Source of the DNA: Basidioascus undulatus
Taxonomy: Eukaryota
NCBI GenBank assembly: GCA_000826855.1
Contig: JTLS01000001.1
Span: forward strand, 1-64,000
DNA length: 64,000 nt
Direction of reading: 5' to 3'
Part shown: positions 16,801-30,374 of the stretch, in pieces
How the letters are laid out: every line of letters starts with the position of its first letter
Numbering within the stretch: the stretch's first letter is position 1
Translations under genes and position numbers: made by a program
The notes under the pieces: generated by a model
What the model was told of the DNA's origin: nothing
Seen by the model: only the letters and a program-made list of their open reading frames with translations
Databases searched by the model: none

Positions 16801-18333
16801 CGCCGAGTTGAAGATGAATTGAGAAGGTAAGAGGCACTGATGACCGAAGGGCGATACCGGGAAGCCTGGGCCGAGCGCTCGCGTGAGACATCCCCGTCGG
16901 TCGCTTGGGTGGAACCACTTTTGCTTGTTTCAGCCTTTTTTCACCGGTAAACGGGATGTATGGATGATTTTTACTGTCGGCATCCACCCAGAAAGAGGTC
17001 AGACCTGAAGCCTGTGAACAGCTGCCAATGTCAAAAGCCCGAAACACGCTTCAACGTCACGGTTGCGCTCGATACGCTGAAGGAAGTACGGGAACAGAAG
17101 ACCATGACGAGGGGAATACAGATCTAATAGAGACATACTGTGGAAAGGACGGAGAGTCCGGGAACACACCGTCCTGTGGCGTGGGCTGAACGCAAGAGGC
17201 CGGTCGGTAAACGTAGAGAATCGAGACGTGCAGGCTAGCGCTCGCAGCGATGCTGCCCCACTGCCCAAGCGCCCTAAACTTGATTGTAAAAGAACCATAT
17301 GACTGGTAATCTCGACTTGCACTCACGTGTATGAACAAGAGAGCCAGAACCTACAACAGACGTGAGAGTGAAACAAGATCGAAAGGGAAGGTCGAAAGGC
17401 AGTTTCTTGGAGCGATTCTCGCTGGCACTTCCGGAAGCTGCTGTTATTGCAGGAGATAGGAAAACAAGAAAATTTGACTCCAATGGCTGGAATGTCCAAA
17501 AGTTTTCCTGGAAGATCTGAGATGCAAGCTTCATTCAATCCAGGCGCAGGTCTGTATCGAGCTCCGCCACGGGGACACGGACAGCCCCAAGAGCGCGAGG
17601 TATCATTCATCCAACTTGGTGAGATGAGGAATGAAGTCCCTCTACTGTAAGATCCGTCTAAATAATAGGCCTAATATTCCTCCAAAGTCAGACGGGAACA
17701 AGGGAGGGCGAAAGGGTCAGCGCACGATTTCGTCTGCAAGACTGCAAGATCGGCCTCAAATTTTCTGAACCTGTCGCTTCATTGCTGACATCGACTTCAC
17801 GAAAAGACAAGTTTAAATATCCAGATATTTATATAAAGGTACCATACTCAGAGGGCGGCCAAGGAACTCCCTTTAATCAGGCAACCTGGTTTGGAAGCCT
17901 GCCTCTTAAAGTGCGACCTGGCCTGGTGCATGGCGCAGCATTCAATCGAGCACAGATGCCCAGTTTTCACATGCCTAATAATGGATCCGTACACAGGATT
18001 CCGCACGACCCCTCACTTCTTGACTTCCGCCGCCATTCGAACGATGTTCAGCTCTTCCCACTCACATCCTCAGAACCGCCGAGCTCCTCTCCTTCCATCT
18101 TTCCGACGCCCTCGTTTATCAACCTCCGAAGGAAGAGACATTTCCATTATACACATATACATCTATGAGAACGATGAGCAGAGCTACCTAATGCAATAAA
18201 GTGTCATAGAGAGCGGGAGGAAACGTGCAGTGTCCCGGACAGCGAACATGCGGCACAACAGATAAAAGAAAGAACGATAGGTCCTGAGCCGATGAAAACA
18301 TGTGAACAACAAAAACCCCGCAACGGAAGAGAG

Positions 18334-19565
18334 CTAATACTTCGGCCCTTGGAACCAAGACGGCCATTGCGCCCCCGACTGGGGCTGCACATACGTCTGC
18401 GGCCACCCGTCGGTCGCCACCGGAGTACCCGGCCGCGAGCCATAGACCGAGGGCGGGTAGTAGCCAGTGACGAGCGTCTGGTTGACCTGCGTGTCCTTCT
18501 TGCGGGTGAGGAAGAAGAGGGCGGCGAGCGCGATGAGTAGAAGGCTTGTACGGGAGTACCCAGGTCAGCGAGGTATCCATGTGGGGGCAGTGGCGAAGGA
18601 AGAAACGCACCCGGAGAACGCCATAAATGCAATCGCTACCGGGAACCAAATGCCCAGGTCGTGCCGGCAGTCGTCCAGCCGGTCCTGCAGGCTCTTCGAG
18701 CGCCCGGCGGTCGAGTTTGCGGAGGGGACGTTGATGTCCTCGTCGATGTCCACGTAGGTGAGGGCGATCGCGTAGGACAGGCCGAACGAGAATGTACCGT
18801 CGCCGGTATGGTTGGGGTTGAATAGAGCCCAATCGGGAGGAGTATAGTCGTCAGGGTAGGAGTGGGGAAAGCTGTCAAACAAGGACATTGGCACGCTCAT
18901 TGGAGTTCTAAGAGGGTAAGATGACATACGAGATGGAGACGGAGGAGCAGGAAGCGGTCCATTCTGCGAAACGACAGATTTTGGCTTCAGTCTTGGTTAG
19001 AGCTACACCACCGCAAGAGTGTGCATACCTGACCAGGTTGGCCATCCGTTGCAGGTTGCGTCGCTCTGACAAGCAGCGCAAGCTTTCGAACCAAGTCAGC
19101 TTTGTAGTTCCCCATCCCCGAGTCGCATACGGCAATGCAAGCGTACCTGAAAGCAGATTGTACACCACAGCTGAACAAGCGCAAGAGGTCGCGTCGTCGC
19201 CAGTGGGAGGGCTGTAGTATGAGCCACCAGTCTTGGACAGTGGCTCCACCGTGGCGCCTTCACCCAATTTCAGTGCAGCGATCACTGAATGAAGAAGGGA
19301 AATCACGCACCGGAATCGCAACATTGCAACAGCAACTTCGCCTGCTGACAGACGTCGTGCCCATCTTTCGTCGACTGCACGATGCACCAAGAAGAGCATG
19401 CTCAGTCTTCACCGTCTTTCCAGTTGCACCCCAACGTCATAGAAGACTTACCCAGCTGAACTCCGACTTCGTGCATGTACCTTGAGTGCATCCGCAGTCT
19501 TCGTCCCATGCCAGAGCAGGAAGGGTTGCGGCAGCAAGGAGGAGTGCGGTGATGGAGAAACGCAT
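18334..19565 (-). CDS. Uncharacterised Cys-rich type I membrane protein (signal peptide, Cys-rich ectodomain, one TM helix, short tail)
   Basis: MRFSITALLLAAATLPALA signal; CTKSEFSW..DVCQQAKLLLQCC..SCACSAVVYNLLSACAACQ..WPTWSEWTASC..PPDWA; hydrophobic IWFPVAIAFMAFSG|LLLIALAALFFL followed by RKK; ends FQGPKY*. Confidence 0.75.
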
Positions 19566-20638
19566 GGCTTTGGGAAAGCGGTATAGTGGGGCGTGTCGTG
19601 ATGGAACGGAGGAGGTCGTGAATGAGCGTGCCGCTGCGTGAGACTGAGTGCTCGTGGTAACGTGGGGCGCAGGATCCAATAAAGAGGAGGTGATGGAGGG
19701 GAGAAAGATCGCAGCCAGGAGAGGTAGATATTCTTATATGCCAGCAGGGCACCCGAGAAGACGAGGTTGCTGGACGCTGTATCAACTTGGAAGCGGATGC
19801 GGCGGACCGCTGTAGCTGTCGAGCGGCAGTGTCACTGTCTGCCTCGGCCTTCTCGCCAGTGGAGTGATGCACAGTCAGTAAGTCTTCGAGGTTTCACTAG
19901 TTAACAACAATCCAGAATAGGCCCCAGTCAGATTTATAGAGCCCAGGGGATGTGAATGATAAAGGCATCTCCATCGCGACGGAAGCTCGGCGCCGTGACC
20001 TGCAGCGGCTGCTCACCTCAGCAGATGGTCATACCATGGACTTCCCCATCCCAGAATAGGAATTGGAATGTGGTGCGTTATTTACCATTTTCGTTGCTTG
20101 TGAAGAAAGATGTCAAAAAGGATATGATAGGCCGTACCACATGGGCGCCGTGGATACACCTTGTCCTTTCGTGTGCTACGCCGCGTTCTGGCTCTCGCTC
20201 GCCTTGAGCCCCCAATTGTCATACCCACAAATCAGTTAATTATGAGACTTAACTTATAGGTGGATGGTGAAATATCATGCGTTCTTGGGGGCCAGGGCCG
20301 ATTCAGGATGCGTGTGCCTATAAGATGCCTTCCAGTGCCCTTGTTGCGCAGACATCACACCGAGCTCGGCGTAAGGCATTGCTGTAAGATTAGATTCAAT
20401 GGCGTGAGAAGGCACAACAATGAGACGAGAGTTTGCCATTCGGACTCAGCCAGCAGCGCGAAGGTACTGTTCCCGGCCCCTGTCCCGCACGCTGCCGCAC
20501 ACGCCGGTCTCACGGTAACCTCCAGTCATACTAAGCTCTCATCGACGCACTACAGCACAAAACGCCTTTCTCTTCCTTCCTAGACGCACGCAATCCCTTG
20601 AGCGCACATCCCATGCATCCCTCTCTCTGCCCCTCCCT

Positions 20639-21816
20639 CTACGACAGTAGCTCCTCCACCACCCGATGATCACCCACATTCCGCGCATTGCTCCCCCGGT
20701 AGTTCAGCTTCTTGAGTACCTCGACCACCCTCTCCTCCGGGAAGCCCATGGCGACAAACTTGCTGACGTCATCAGGCGCGAGGCCCGCCAGCTCCGCCGC
20801 GCCCAGCTTCGCCCCGCCCGGGACGGCGTGCTGCTGCGTCCAGCTTCGCGCGGTCGCGTTGAAGGAGGCGAGGTCGGAGCGGTAGTGCTTGGCGACTGCG
20901 TAGCAGTGAGGGGTGAAAACACTGAGAGAAAGGCGGGGGGTGGAGTGTCCCAAGGGCGCACCTTCGGCGTCTTGTGGGTCGTCGGGTTGGGGTGAGCAGA
21001 GCAGGGATTGAAGCGAGATGAGCGTCGACTTGAGCGTAAGGACGGGACTCCACTGTGCACGGTGGCGCGTGAGGTCCGGCAAGATCTGAAAGGGTGTCGA
21101 GGAACGGCTGAGACGCACTTGGTCTTTCAGGATATCCAAGCAAATGGCGCCGGTCTGGGAGGAAACGTTCGGGTGGTAGACGCGCCTGCACATCCAATAT
21201 GAGGTAAAAGTGAATGGAAGGGAGCATGAGTGGGGAGGTGGAATGGGGCGAGCGGGTGGAGAGGAGGTGAGAGAGGGCGTGGATAGGGAGGGACGGGGTG
21301 ATGGGCGAAAGGACGGACGTGATGAACTTCATCTTGAGGGGTGCGAAGGGGTAGTTGTCGGGGACGTGGATGTCCTGGAAGAGTTTAGGGTCGACTTTGA
21401 GCTGCAGTCGAGGCCTCTCGGGGGCAAGCGGCGGGAGATTGATGTGCTACCAACACCATTTACCCATGGAGCTCCGAGCAGAGAAAGGAACGTACAACAT
21501 AGAACTCCCCGTCCTGATACGGCGTGTCGTCCGGCCCATTGAAAACCCCGTGCAGGTGGAAGGGGTTCTCGTCCACCATCCTCACGCGGATGCCCGACAT
21601 GTCATTCTTCTCGCAGTCTGGCACGGCCACAAAACCGCCAGTGAGTTCCATATTCTTCATTGCAGAACATGGAGGACGGGTGCGGACCCTTGATCTCCTT
21701 TTTTCCAGTTCGGAAAGTCGGGCAGTGTCAGACGGGAGCAGTCAGAAGCCGGAAGGTGGCGGCCATGGTCCTCCACAACGCACCTTGAGCACTCGCCTCG
21801 TGCGTGCGTCCGACAT
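20639..21816 (-). CDS. UBC1: Ubiquitin-conjugating enzyme E2 with C-terminal UBA-like domain (UBC1/UBE2K type)
   Basis: MSDARTRRVLK|EIK|DCEKND... GPDDTPYQDG.. [61 protein letters not shown]; UBA-like KFVAMGFPEERVVEVL. Confidence 0.95.
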
Positions 21817-22318
21817 CCTGAAGCCTCAGGTCTCTGTATGTGATTCTGTGCGAGATATGCAGGTTGTTGACAGAAGTGCGATACAAGCTGCTCCGGGCGT
21901 GATTCGGGTGAGCGAAGGTTGATGGTCAAGTTGGAACGCGCGGCGCGATCGGGCCGATAGAAAGGTGGGTGAGGTTCCGCGGACTGGCGGCGGAAGGTGC
22001 GACTTCTCGACCTTCCCTTGACCTTCCTCGACCCGAACAGTACCGTTTCACTCTTTCTCTATGATACGGAGTAGCGTAAATAATTCCTAGAATTGCCAAG
22101 TTGCGGAGACACGATGAAGCTCATATGCCATTAGGCGAGCAAGCACCTGAGCGAACGAGCAGCTTCGCTGGCGAGACCTGCAACTGCTCCCATCTGCGAC
22201 GGCAAGCCTGAAATCTGAAATCGAGTGGCGTTTGCCTGTCCACCATTATGCCTTTCACCCCCCGCCCTCATAAAGCACGTCTCCCCACAGCACCCCCAAC
22301 AGCCGAACTCCCATCCCC

Positions 22319-23997
22319 TCACTTCTTCTGCGTCGACGGGTCCAGGTTTTGGACTGTTCTCCGCCACCAGTGTCAGTCACCGTATCTCTCACCCTTCCCC
22401 TTCCCCTTCCCCTAGCCATGCTCCTCTCAACTCACCGTCCAGCAGCAAGCTCCCCGAATCGAGCATGACGCGGTTGTTGCTGTTCGCGATCATCTGCGCG
22501 ATGTCCCGCGCCGCCTCAAGCTTGCGGAGCTGCAGGAAGCCCTTGTTGTTCTTGACGGCCTCGCCGATGAGCTCCGCCGACTTGGCCTCACCCTGCGCGC
22601 GCACGATAATCGACTGCTTCTCCTGGATCGCCTGGTCCACGAGGAACGCCGCGCGCTGTGCAACCTGCTGCGCGATTTGCTTGGCTTCGACGGCGTCTGT
22701 GTGCGAGGGTGCGCGTCAGTGGGGCTAAGTGAGGTGAAGGCGAAGGAGGAGGAGGATGGAAGAACGGACGCGTGAACTCAGGGGAGAAGGCCACGTGCGT
22801 GAGCGACACGTCATCGAGGACGATGTTGAAGCGCGACGCGCGCCTCGTCAGGTTGTCGCGGACGAGACGGGAGACCTGCCATGCGCAACCACTAAAGTTT
22901 AGCAGCGTGTACAGCGCACAGCGGATCGCGTATCGCGTACCATCTCACGCTGGGTAATGAGCTGAGAGGCATTGAACTGGGCGACGACGGACTTGAGGGT
23001 CTCGTTGACGATCGAGGGAAGCTGAAGAGGAGACGAGAGATGGGAGTGAGCTTCTCGTAGGAAGGAGGGAAGGCGGAGAGCAGGATGGAGAGTGAGGAGG
23101 AAGACGCACCACCCGCTCATCGTAGTCCGTCCCCAACTCCCGGTAGATCGTCGCCAGCTCCTCAACACGCGGTCGAGCTGGAAAACAACAGGATTAGATT
23201 TCAATATACTACCAGAAGCTTTACGTTGTGCAGACTCACAGAGCACACGGACAGTAATGTTGACCTGCCCCTCCTCGTCATGTCAGTCCACCACCTGTCC
23301 CTTTCCCGCGCTCGCAACATGAAACCAGTATCCGCACCATTTGCAGGTCTGAAATTCGGAAGACAACAGTCAGCGCCTAGACCTCGTGAGCAAAAGGGGT
23401 GGGACGCGCACCCTTCGTGCCCGTGAGGGAAGCAATGTTGCGCGGCTTTGCGCGAACATCCGTGATGATGGGAGTCTCCAGCCAAGGAATCTGCCCCAGC
23501 CCCGACCGTACCCGTCAGCAACTGCGCAATCACACCATTCCTCCCACCCAGCTCTTTTTCCCTAGCAGAGACGTACCCGGAAGTGAGTGCCCTCAGGGTA
23601 GACGTCCCTCCGGATACCATGCAAACGCGAGTACTTGATCGCGCGGTGCCCACCATCGACTAGATCGCACCTCAACTCAGCAACACGCTCATTAACACCA
23701 GACCACCTGAACGTGACACACCGTTGAACAGCGACGCGTTGACTGCCAGCCCGCCGACGACAAGGAGGATGAGCCCGGCCCCGCCCGTCATCGCGCCCTT
23801 CCCGCCGGGGACACCGCCGCCGGGGAAGCCACCCTTTCCACCACCACCACCCGTGCGAACCTGCATACGAGAACGAATTGAGCATGGAGAGGACAAGGAG
23901 AGGAGAGCGAGCCGTTGTGGACGAGGCGGAGAGGAAGACGGACGCCTTGGATGTTGCCCAACAGGCGGTTGAGCATCGCTCGGTTTTGCGCGTTCAT
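22319..23997 (-). CDS. PHB2: Prohibitin 2 (mitochondrial SPFH protein)
   Basis: [62 protein letters not shown] and [44 protein letters not shown] (PHB2-type residues). Confidence 0.95.
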
Positions 23998-24207
23998 GAT
24001 GACTGCACAACCCGGTCCCGCTGTAAGTTTCGAGTATTCTCTGATGAACCCGCGATAAAGTTGAGCGAGACGGACGGAGTGAGCGCAGAGGGCGAAGATG
24101 ACGGACGAGGAAGAGAAGCTGGGCGGCGGGACGCGCATGCCGAGATGACGATCGCCTGCTGTTCCGGCCCTGACTCTTCTGAGTCTTGACCATCTGCACA
24201 CTCGACC

Positions 24208-25054
24208 ATGTCCGGCCCTCCGCCAATATCTCCAGCACCAGGAACACTCTTTCAGGACTTTCCTGAGCTAGAAGGTCTATCGTGAGCCATAGCCAATGCT
24301 CCGCGTATCCCCATAGCCCGGCATTTGAAAAAAGTACCCCCGCAACGCAGCCGCGATGACCTTCAAGAGCTCCTCAGCAACCCAGCGTACCTAAGCGCGT
24401 TCTTCAACTCCCTGCCGCGCGTACAGGCCATGCGCAAGCACGAGGAGTTGCAGATGCTCGCGAATCAGGACCTGGCCAGTGCGTGTCTGTCCTCCACGCC
24501 CCAGCTCTCCCATCCCCCGCGACTGACAAGGCTGGAACCCCTGCTTGATCCAATCGCTTCCCTGTAGAGCGAAATATGGCCCTCGGCGAGCGCCTCGTAA
24601 CGCTGCGGCAGGAGACGGCGCGGGTGTATGAGGATGCGCGGGCGGCCAAGGCGCGGTGGGCGCAGCTGGAGAAGGAGCACAAGGAGGTGTCGCAGGTGAG
24701 TGTTCCCCCAATATCACATTGCCTGTCCCACCCACGCCTTTTCATCGCTCCCTCCCCGTCCACCAGCGCTACACTCCTCAATTCCTCCTCCTCCGCCTCC
24801 GACACGCGACCACAGCGCAAGACGACCTCTCCGAGTCGCTCGCCTCCGCCTTCATCGCCGCCCAGCCTTCTCCCTTACCTTCCGCGCCCGGAACTCCGCC
24901 GCCCGACCTGGACAGCGCCGCGGCGGCGAACGGCGCAGGCCATCAGACGGTGGAGGACTTCGTGAGGGAGTTTAGGGAGGTGCGGAAGGTGTATCACAAG
25001 CGCGCCATTTGGACGGAGAAGTGGGGTAGGGGGGAGGTGCATTGGGAGGACTAG
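24208..25054 (+). CDS. VPS37: ESCRT-I subunit Vps37 / Mod(r)-domain protein
   Basis: LFQDFPELEGLS|RDDLQELL.. AFFNSLP..; coiled coil; RYTPQFLLLRLRHATTAQDDLSESLASAF..DFVREFREVRKVYHKR (Mod_r C-terminal signature). Confidence 0.85.
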
Positions 25055-25446
25055 CATGTGAGCACAGGGTATGAGGGGATGTAGCGAGGACATTATGAGG
25101 TGGAGCGGTCTTTACTGTTGTACGATGCATTTCGAGTTTGGGCAGCATACGCTGCTCGACCGTCTTCCGCGCAATCGTCACCCCTCTAAGCACGGCGTTC
25201 ACATATCGTTACCATACCTCAGCTGTTTCTACTAAACACAGAGCTCATGCAATTCTTATAAACAGCGTAGATCGCTCGTTGCCATGTGCGACAGCGCCGG
25301 GCTGGGTCATTCGCCCCGCGCTGGGCATCTCAGCTCACAGTTGGTGTTTTTGTTTCCCTTTACATGCACAGCAAAAGAGCGGACTGAAAGCAAGGAATAG
25401 ACCATCAATAAGCTGTATGGTATTGCAACGAGTCCTTGCTGTTTCA

Positions 25447-26188
<742 letters not shown>

Positions 26189-26648
26189 TGTTGATGTGGG
26201 TGTAGGTGTGTGGGGAGGGTGGGGAAGTATTGGTTGTTGTGGTGTATGAATGTGAGTGTGGTGGACGAGGGGAAAGAGACGAGCAAAGTGCCGATACTTA
26301 AAGACGCGAGGGGCGGCGACGCATCAGCGAAGACGCGCGACGTAGCCACATCAAGACGCGCGCCTACTTTCAGTTCTTGTCTACGTGTACACGAATTCCC
26401 TCTGATTACTCGTGTGATTGGCCTTGATTCGTCCTGCAATCACATCACCGGATGACACGATCGAACGCGTCGTCAAGAATTCAGGATCCTCGCTGATCCC
26501 TCCACAGGACCAACTGCGGTACAAATAGAGTGGGTGTATGCATGTCTTTCCCCCTTCCTCACATCACCGCACTCCCTCACTCGCACTTCAACGCATACAC
26601 CCAATCCTCTCCCACTACCCCCACACACCACACACCACTACATCAACA
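26189..26648. promoter_or_regulatory. Bidirectional H2B/H2A promoter with repeated CGCG-core (MCB-like) motifs
   Basis: 460 bp between divergent ATGs; AAGACGCG at 26301, 26330 and 26353; ACGCGT at 26465; ATTGG (reverse CCAAT) near 26417. Confidence 0.7.
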
Positions 26649-27215
26649 ATGTCCGGTAAGGGCGGCAAGACCGGTGGCAAGGCCTCGGGCGCTGGCGACG
26701 CGACCAAGGGCTCCTCGCGCTCTGCGAAGGCTGGGTAAGTAACAATTCACCCCCTCTTGCATTCCACTGGAACTTCACTCACTCATATTTTCCACCCTCA
26801 ACAGTCTCCAGTTCCCCGTCGGCCGTATCCACCGCCACCTGAAGCGCGGCAACTACGCGCAGCGCATCGGTGCGGGTGCGCCCGTTTACCTCGCCGCAGT
26901 CCTCGAGTACCTCGCCGCCGAGATCCTCGAGCTGGCTGGCAACGCCGCCCGCGACAACAAGAAGTCGCGTATCATCCCCCGTCACCTACAGCTCGCCATC
27001 CGCAACGACGACGAGCTCAACAAGCTCCTCGGACATGTTACCATCTCCCAGGGTGGTGTCATCCCCGTACGTCGTCGCTCCCTTCCCCTTCGCCGACGTC
27101 TCTATCGGTTTGTTCTGATCCTGGAATTGTTTCCGGACTGCAGAATATTCACAGCGAGCTACTCCCAGCCAAGAGCAAGAAGTCCGCGAAGGGCGCTGCT
27201 TCTCAGGAGCTGTAG
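26649..27215 (+). CDS. HTA1: Histone H2A with C-terminal SQEL motif (2 introns)
   Basis: [83 protein letters not shown]..|[12 protein letters not shown]. Confidence 0.98.
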
Positions 27216-28174
27216 AAGGTCTCGGGGCTTTGTTTCTTTTACCCGCATATTCTGTATTACTTGCTTGTACCACTAGCACCCTATAACTTTACCCACTGCG
27301 ATTGTGTGCGGTCGTGCGGACGCTGAATTTCTGGTAAACTTGCCGTGCTCGGTTATGAATTGCTTGTGGATATATCGTTAGTTTCCAGGGTTGTCAAGTC
27401 TGCTTGCGACAGAGCGAGGCATTGGCGTTCATATCTCATCAATCGTTTGGTTCGGTTGCAAGCTCCAGGTTGAGCGTGCAATGATGGGTACCACGTCCCT
27501 CGATACTAAAGCTGGTGGGATCACGACCAGATTCAAGTCTACACTGTCTCAGAACTGAAGGATGAGGATGCATGGACGCACTCTTCTTTCGTCGACCCGT
27601 GTTTGCTCTGTTGCACAGCCGCTGTCTGTAGTAGCTGTATGGCATGGGGAACGGGTCTGAAAACAGTTACTAGCACTTGGAGAGATCTGTGGAGGGCGAG
27701 AAAAGCGGCGGCCCGCCACTACTTTCGTGCCTGCTGTGAAAGTAGGTCGTAGGGATGAGAAGCGGCAGGGATACCGCCGCTTCACTGCAATTTCTAACTC
27801 AGTACGTGGCCGCTGTTGACAGAGTGTGTCCAGACCGCCCCGCCTGCTGTCGTTGCGAAAGTACGTAATTGCGCTGCGGCGACCTCGAATGCGAATGCTA
27901 CTGCTTTGAATCAATCATGTCGGCCATGCCGCGGCATGGCACGCCTTGTAACCATGCAGGAGAGAAGCCATGGCGGGTGCATTCGGCTGTAAAATGTAGC
28001 GCTTTGATTGCCCATCCTGCTGTGAAATTTATATTCAGGTGGGCCCGAGGCAAATTTCACTTCAATGTGATTTTTCGCATCGGTCGGCTACAGGCTAGGA
28101 TAGTACGATTGGACTACGGCTCCAGCCACCATCGCGGCGCGGGAGTCTGCCACCGTAGAGCATTCACCCGACCT

Positions 28175-30003
28175 TCACAACATTGTAAGCGAAGCAATGG
28201 CACAACTCCACATGCATGATATGCGCGTCAGTGAGAGGAAGATCACCTCAGTACCAGTCCGTCTCTGCCGAGAACGCCACGCGGATCGTAAGCAAACACG
28301 ATCACGAGCGCACGGGAGCTCAGTCTGCGTACCATCTTCCGAGGTATTGCAGATGTGCCACTGGGCGCAAAACGGGGGGTCGACAGTCATGGACGAAATT
28401 ATTGGCGCAACGTCGTAGTCTTCTGTATTCTCGAGCGAGTACACTTCGTCGTCCATGATTGAGAAACGTTCGAGACCCTTGATGCGTACGCCGAACATCA
28501 CCCTGCCGGGAACTTCAGTGGCACACCGAAAGGCACGCCCAGGCTCCACACTCAGCTCCGTCCTTTGTCGACTGACATTCAACTGCCAGACCAGACAGTC
28601 CCTCAATCCCGCTCAGCCCTTCAGGGAGGGAAATCTGGTGTGACGGCGGTTAACACTCAGCGGCTTTGCCCAGACGCGCTCGAGCTTTCGCAAAGACTCA
28701 CCAGCTCCGACGAGTTACAAATATACTTCAAGCTGAAAGATTGAAATTCGAACACGCCCTCATAGTCACGAAGAAGAAACATGCGTTCCAGGTCCGACCC
28801 GAGCGGCTTGCAGGAACACCTAGTTCGACATGCTCGATTGGGAATCGGTGCAAAAGAATCGAGAATGTCCACCTGGAGGAGTTGAAAAGCCGAGGGGGGG
28901 ATGGCAGTATGCGATATTTCGAAGCGCAGGGAAAGGCATAGGGAGCGGAGGCAGAGGTGTGGACTTTTGCCGTAGTGCTCAGCCTCTTGGGCCGCGTATT
29001 CTTGTTCTTCTGGGGCAAAGAAGCGCCTCCATCTCTGTCCTGGTGCAGGCGAGGCGGCAGAGCTCCGGCAGCGTGGGCATCGAGGAGAGATGATCGAGGG
29101 CAGGCGGCGATCTGGGGTCTCCCGAGAACTCCAGCTCCTGGATCGAAGGTGACCAATTGACGCAGCGAAGCAGCGTGCGATAGCCGTTAAACCCGCGACG
29201 GAGATGTTGAAGTGCAGTGGGCGACTCGCCTTCGATCGGGAGCAAGCCAGCGGTTAGTATTTCGCCGATCTCGACCGGGACGTCGGGCGTCATGCGCAAG
29301 TGAAGATCATTCAGGCTGGCCGCGCTAACCTCGATAGAGTCTTTGAGCCACAAGGCAAAGAATTGAGTTGTTAGAAGGCCTGAAGTGGCGACGATGAGGC
29401 TCTCGAGCTTCCCGAGGGGTTGAAGCTCCCGGGCGGGGTGTTCGAAGGTGTGTACGCCGAACGTGTTGCTCGTCACGCAGAGGCTTCGAGGATGACGGAG
29501 CGTACTGAGCGACACGAAGAGATCGACGACGGCCGCGTTGGCCGTTTTGCTCGAGGGGACGTTGTAGAAGCTAAACGAGATAGCCCGGAGATTGCGGAAA
29601 GGAGAAGAGTGATCGAAGCGTCCTTGATATGTTGAACGTTCGAGCTTGTTCGTCGTTGCTGCCGTAAGTCGAGTACCGGAAGGACACTTGTAGACGTGTT
29701 ACGAAGTCTGCAAAGTCGTGCCTGCTGTGGATCTATATCGAGTGGGAATTCAGCCAACGCCCCACAAGTACGAAGATTAGACAGATGCCTCTTACAGTGA
29801 ACATGTACAGTGGCTTTCCCGTACTACTCCAGCGCAAGTGCAGCTTGAGGAACGAGTAATGTTGTTTGGTTGCGAGCGCCGCGAAACGACGGTTCACGGG
29901 GACGACAGCGGCCAGACGACTACGATACCCGTATTCATGTTCGTGCACGAAGCCGAAGATGTGTTAAACGACTTCATCCGACAATTGAGCGAACAGGTCG
30001 CAT
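28175..30003 (-). pseudogene. Decayed F-box(-LRR-like) gene
   Basis: ATG at 30003 is one base out of frame with DLFAQLSDEVV*HIFGFV...LAAVVPVNRRF (F-box-like; TAA at 29966-29964). A GTAAGA...TAG intron follows, then Leu-rich fragments (KLESLIV, SLNDLHLR, ALQHLR, SIQELEFS) broken by stops and frameshifts. The 3' limit is approximate. Confidence 0.5.
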
Positions 30004-30011
30004 GCGGTTGA

Positions 30012-30374
30012 CCCACCCGTGACTCGCGTTACTTCCCGGACACCAGGGCGTGGCTGAAGGCCCTTGTTGAGTCATACTGGGGCAGCGAAGCTCCTCCCGC
30101 TGGGGTCAGGGAGCAACTGGAGGCTGTCGGCGCGCCGGAGCATCCCTACGTTCTGTGTCATAATGACATAGAGCCTCGCAACATAATGGTGCGTGGTGGT
30201 AAGGTGGTGTCCATCATAGACTGGGAGTTCGCTGGCTATCAGCCCTTCATCTACGAGTGGGTAGTGCCCAGCACAGGACTGGGTTTGGGCTGCACTAACT
30301 ATGAGTGGTATGTCATGTCCGGTTCAGCTGCAGGAGCCGAGTCGGGGGACTCCGATTTGATCGACATCGAGTGA
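30012..30374 (+). pseudogene. N-terminally truncated aminoglycoside phosphotransferase/choline kinase (APH)-family fragment
   Basis: Open frame after TGA 30009 encodes YVLCHNDIEPRNIMVRGGKVVSIIDWEFAGYQPFIYEW (HxDxxxxN and IDWE motifs). No N-lobe or start codon upstream. Confidence 0.7.
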
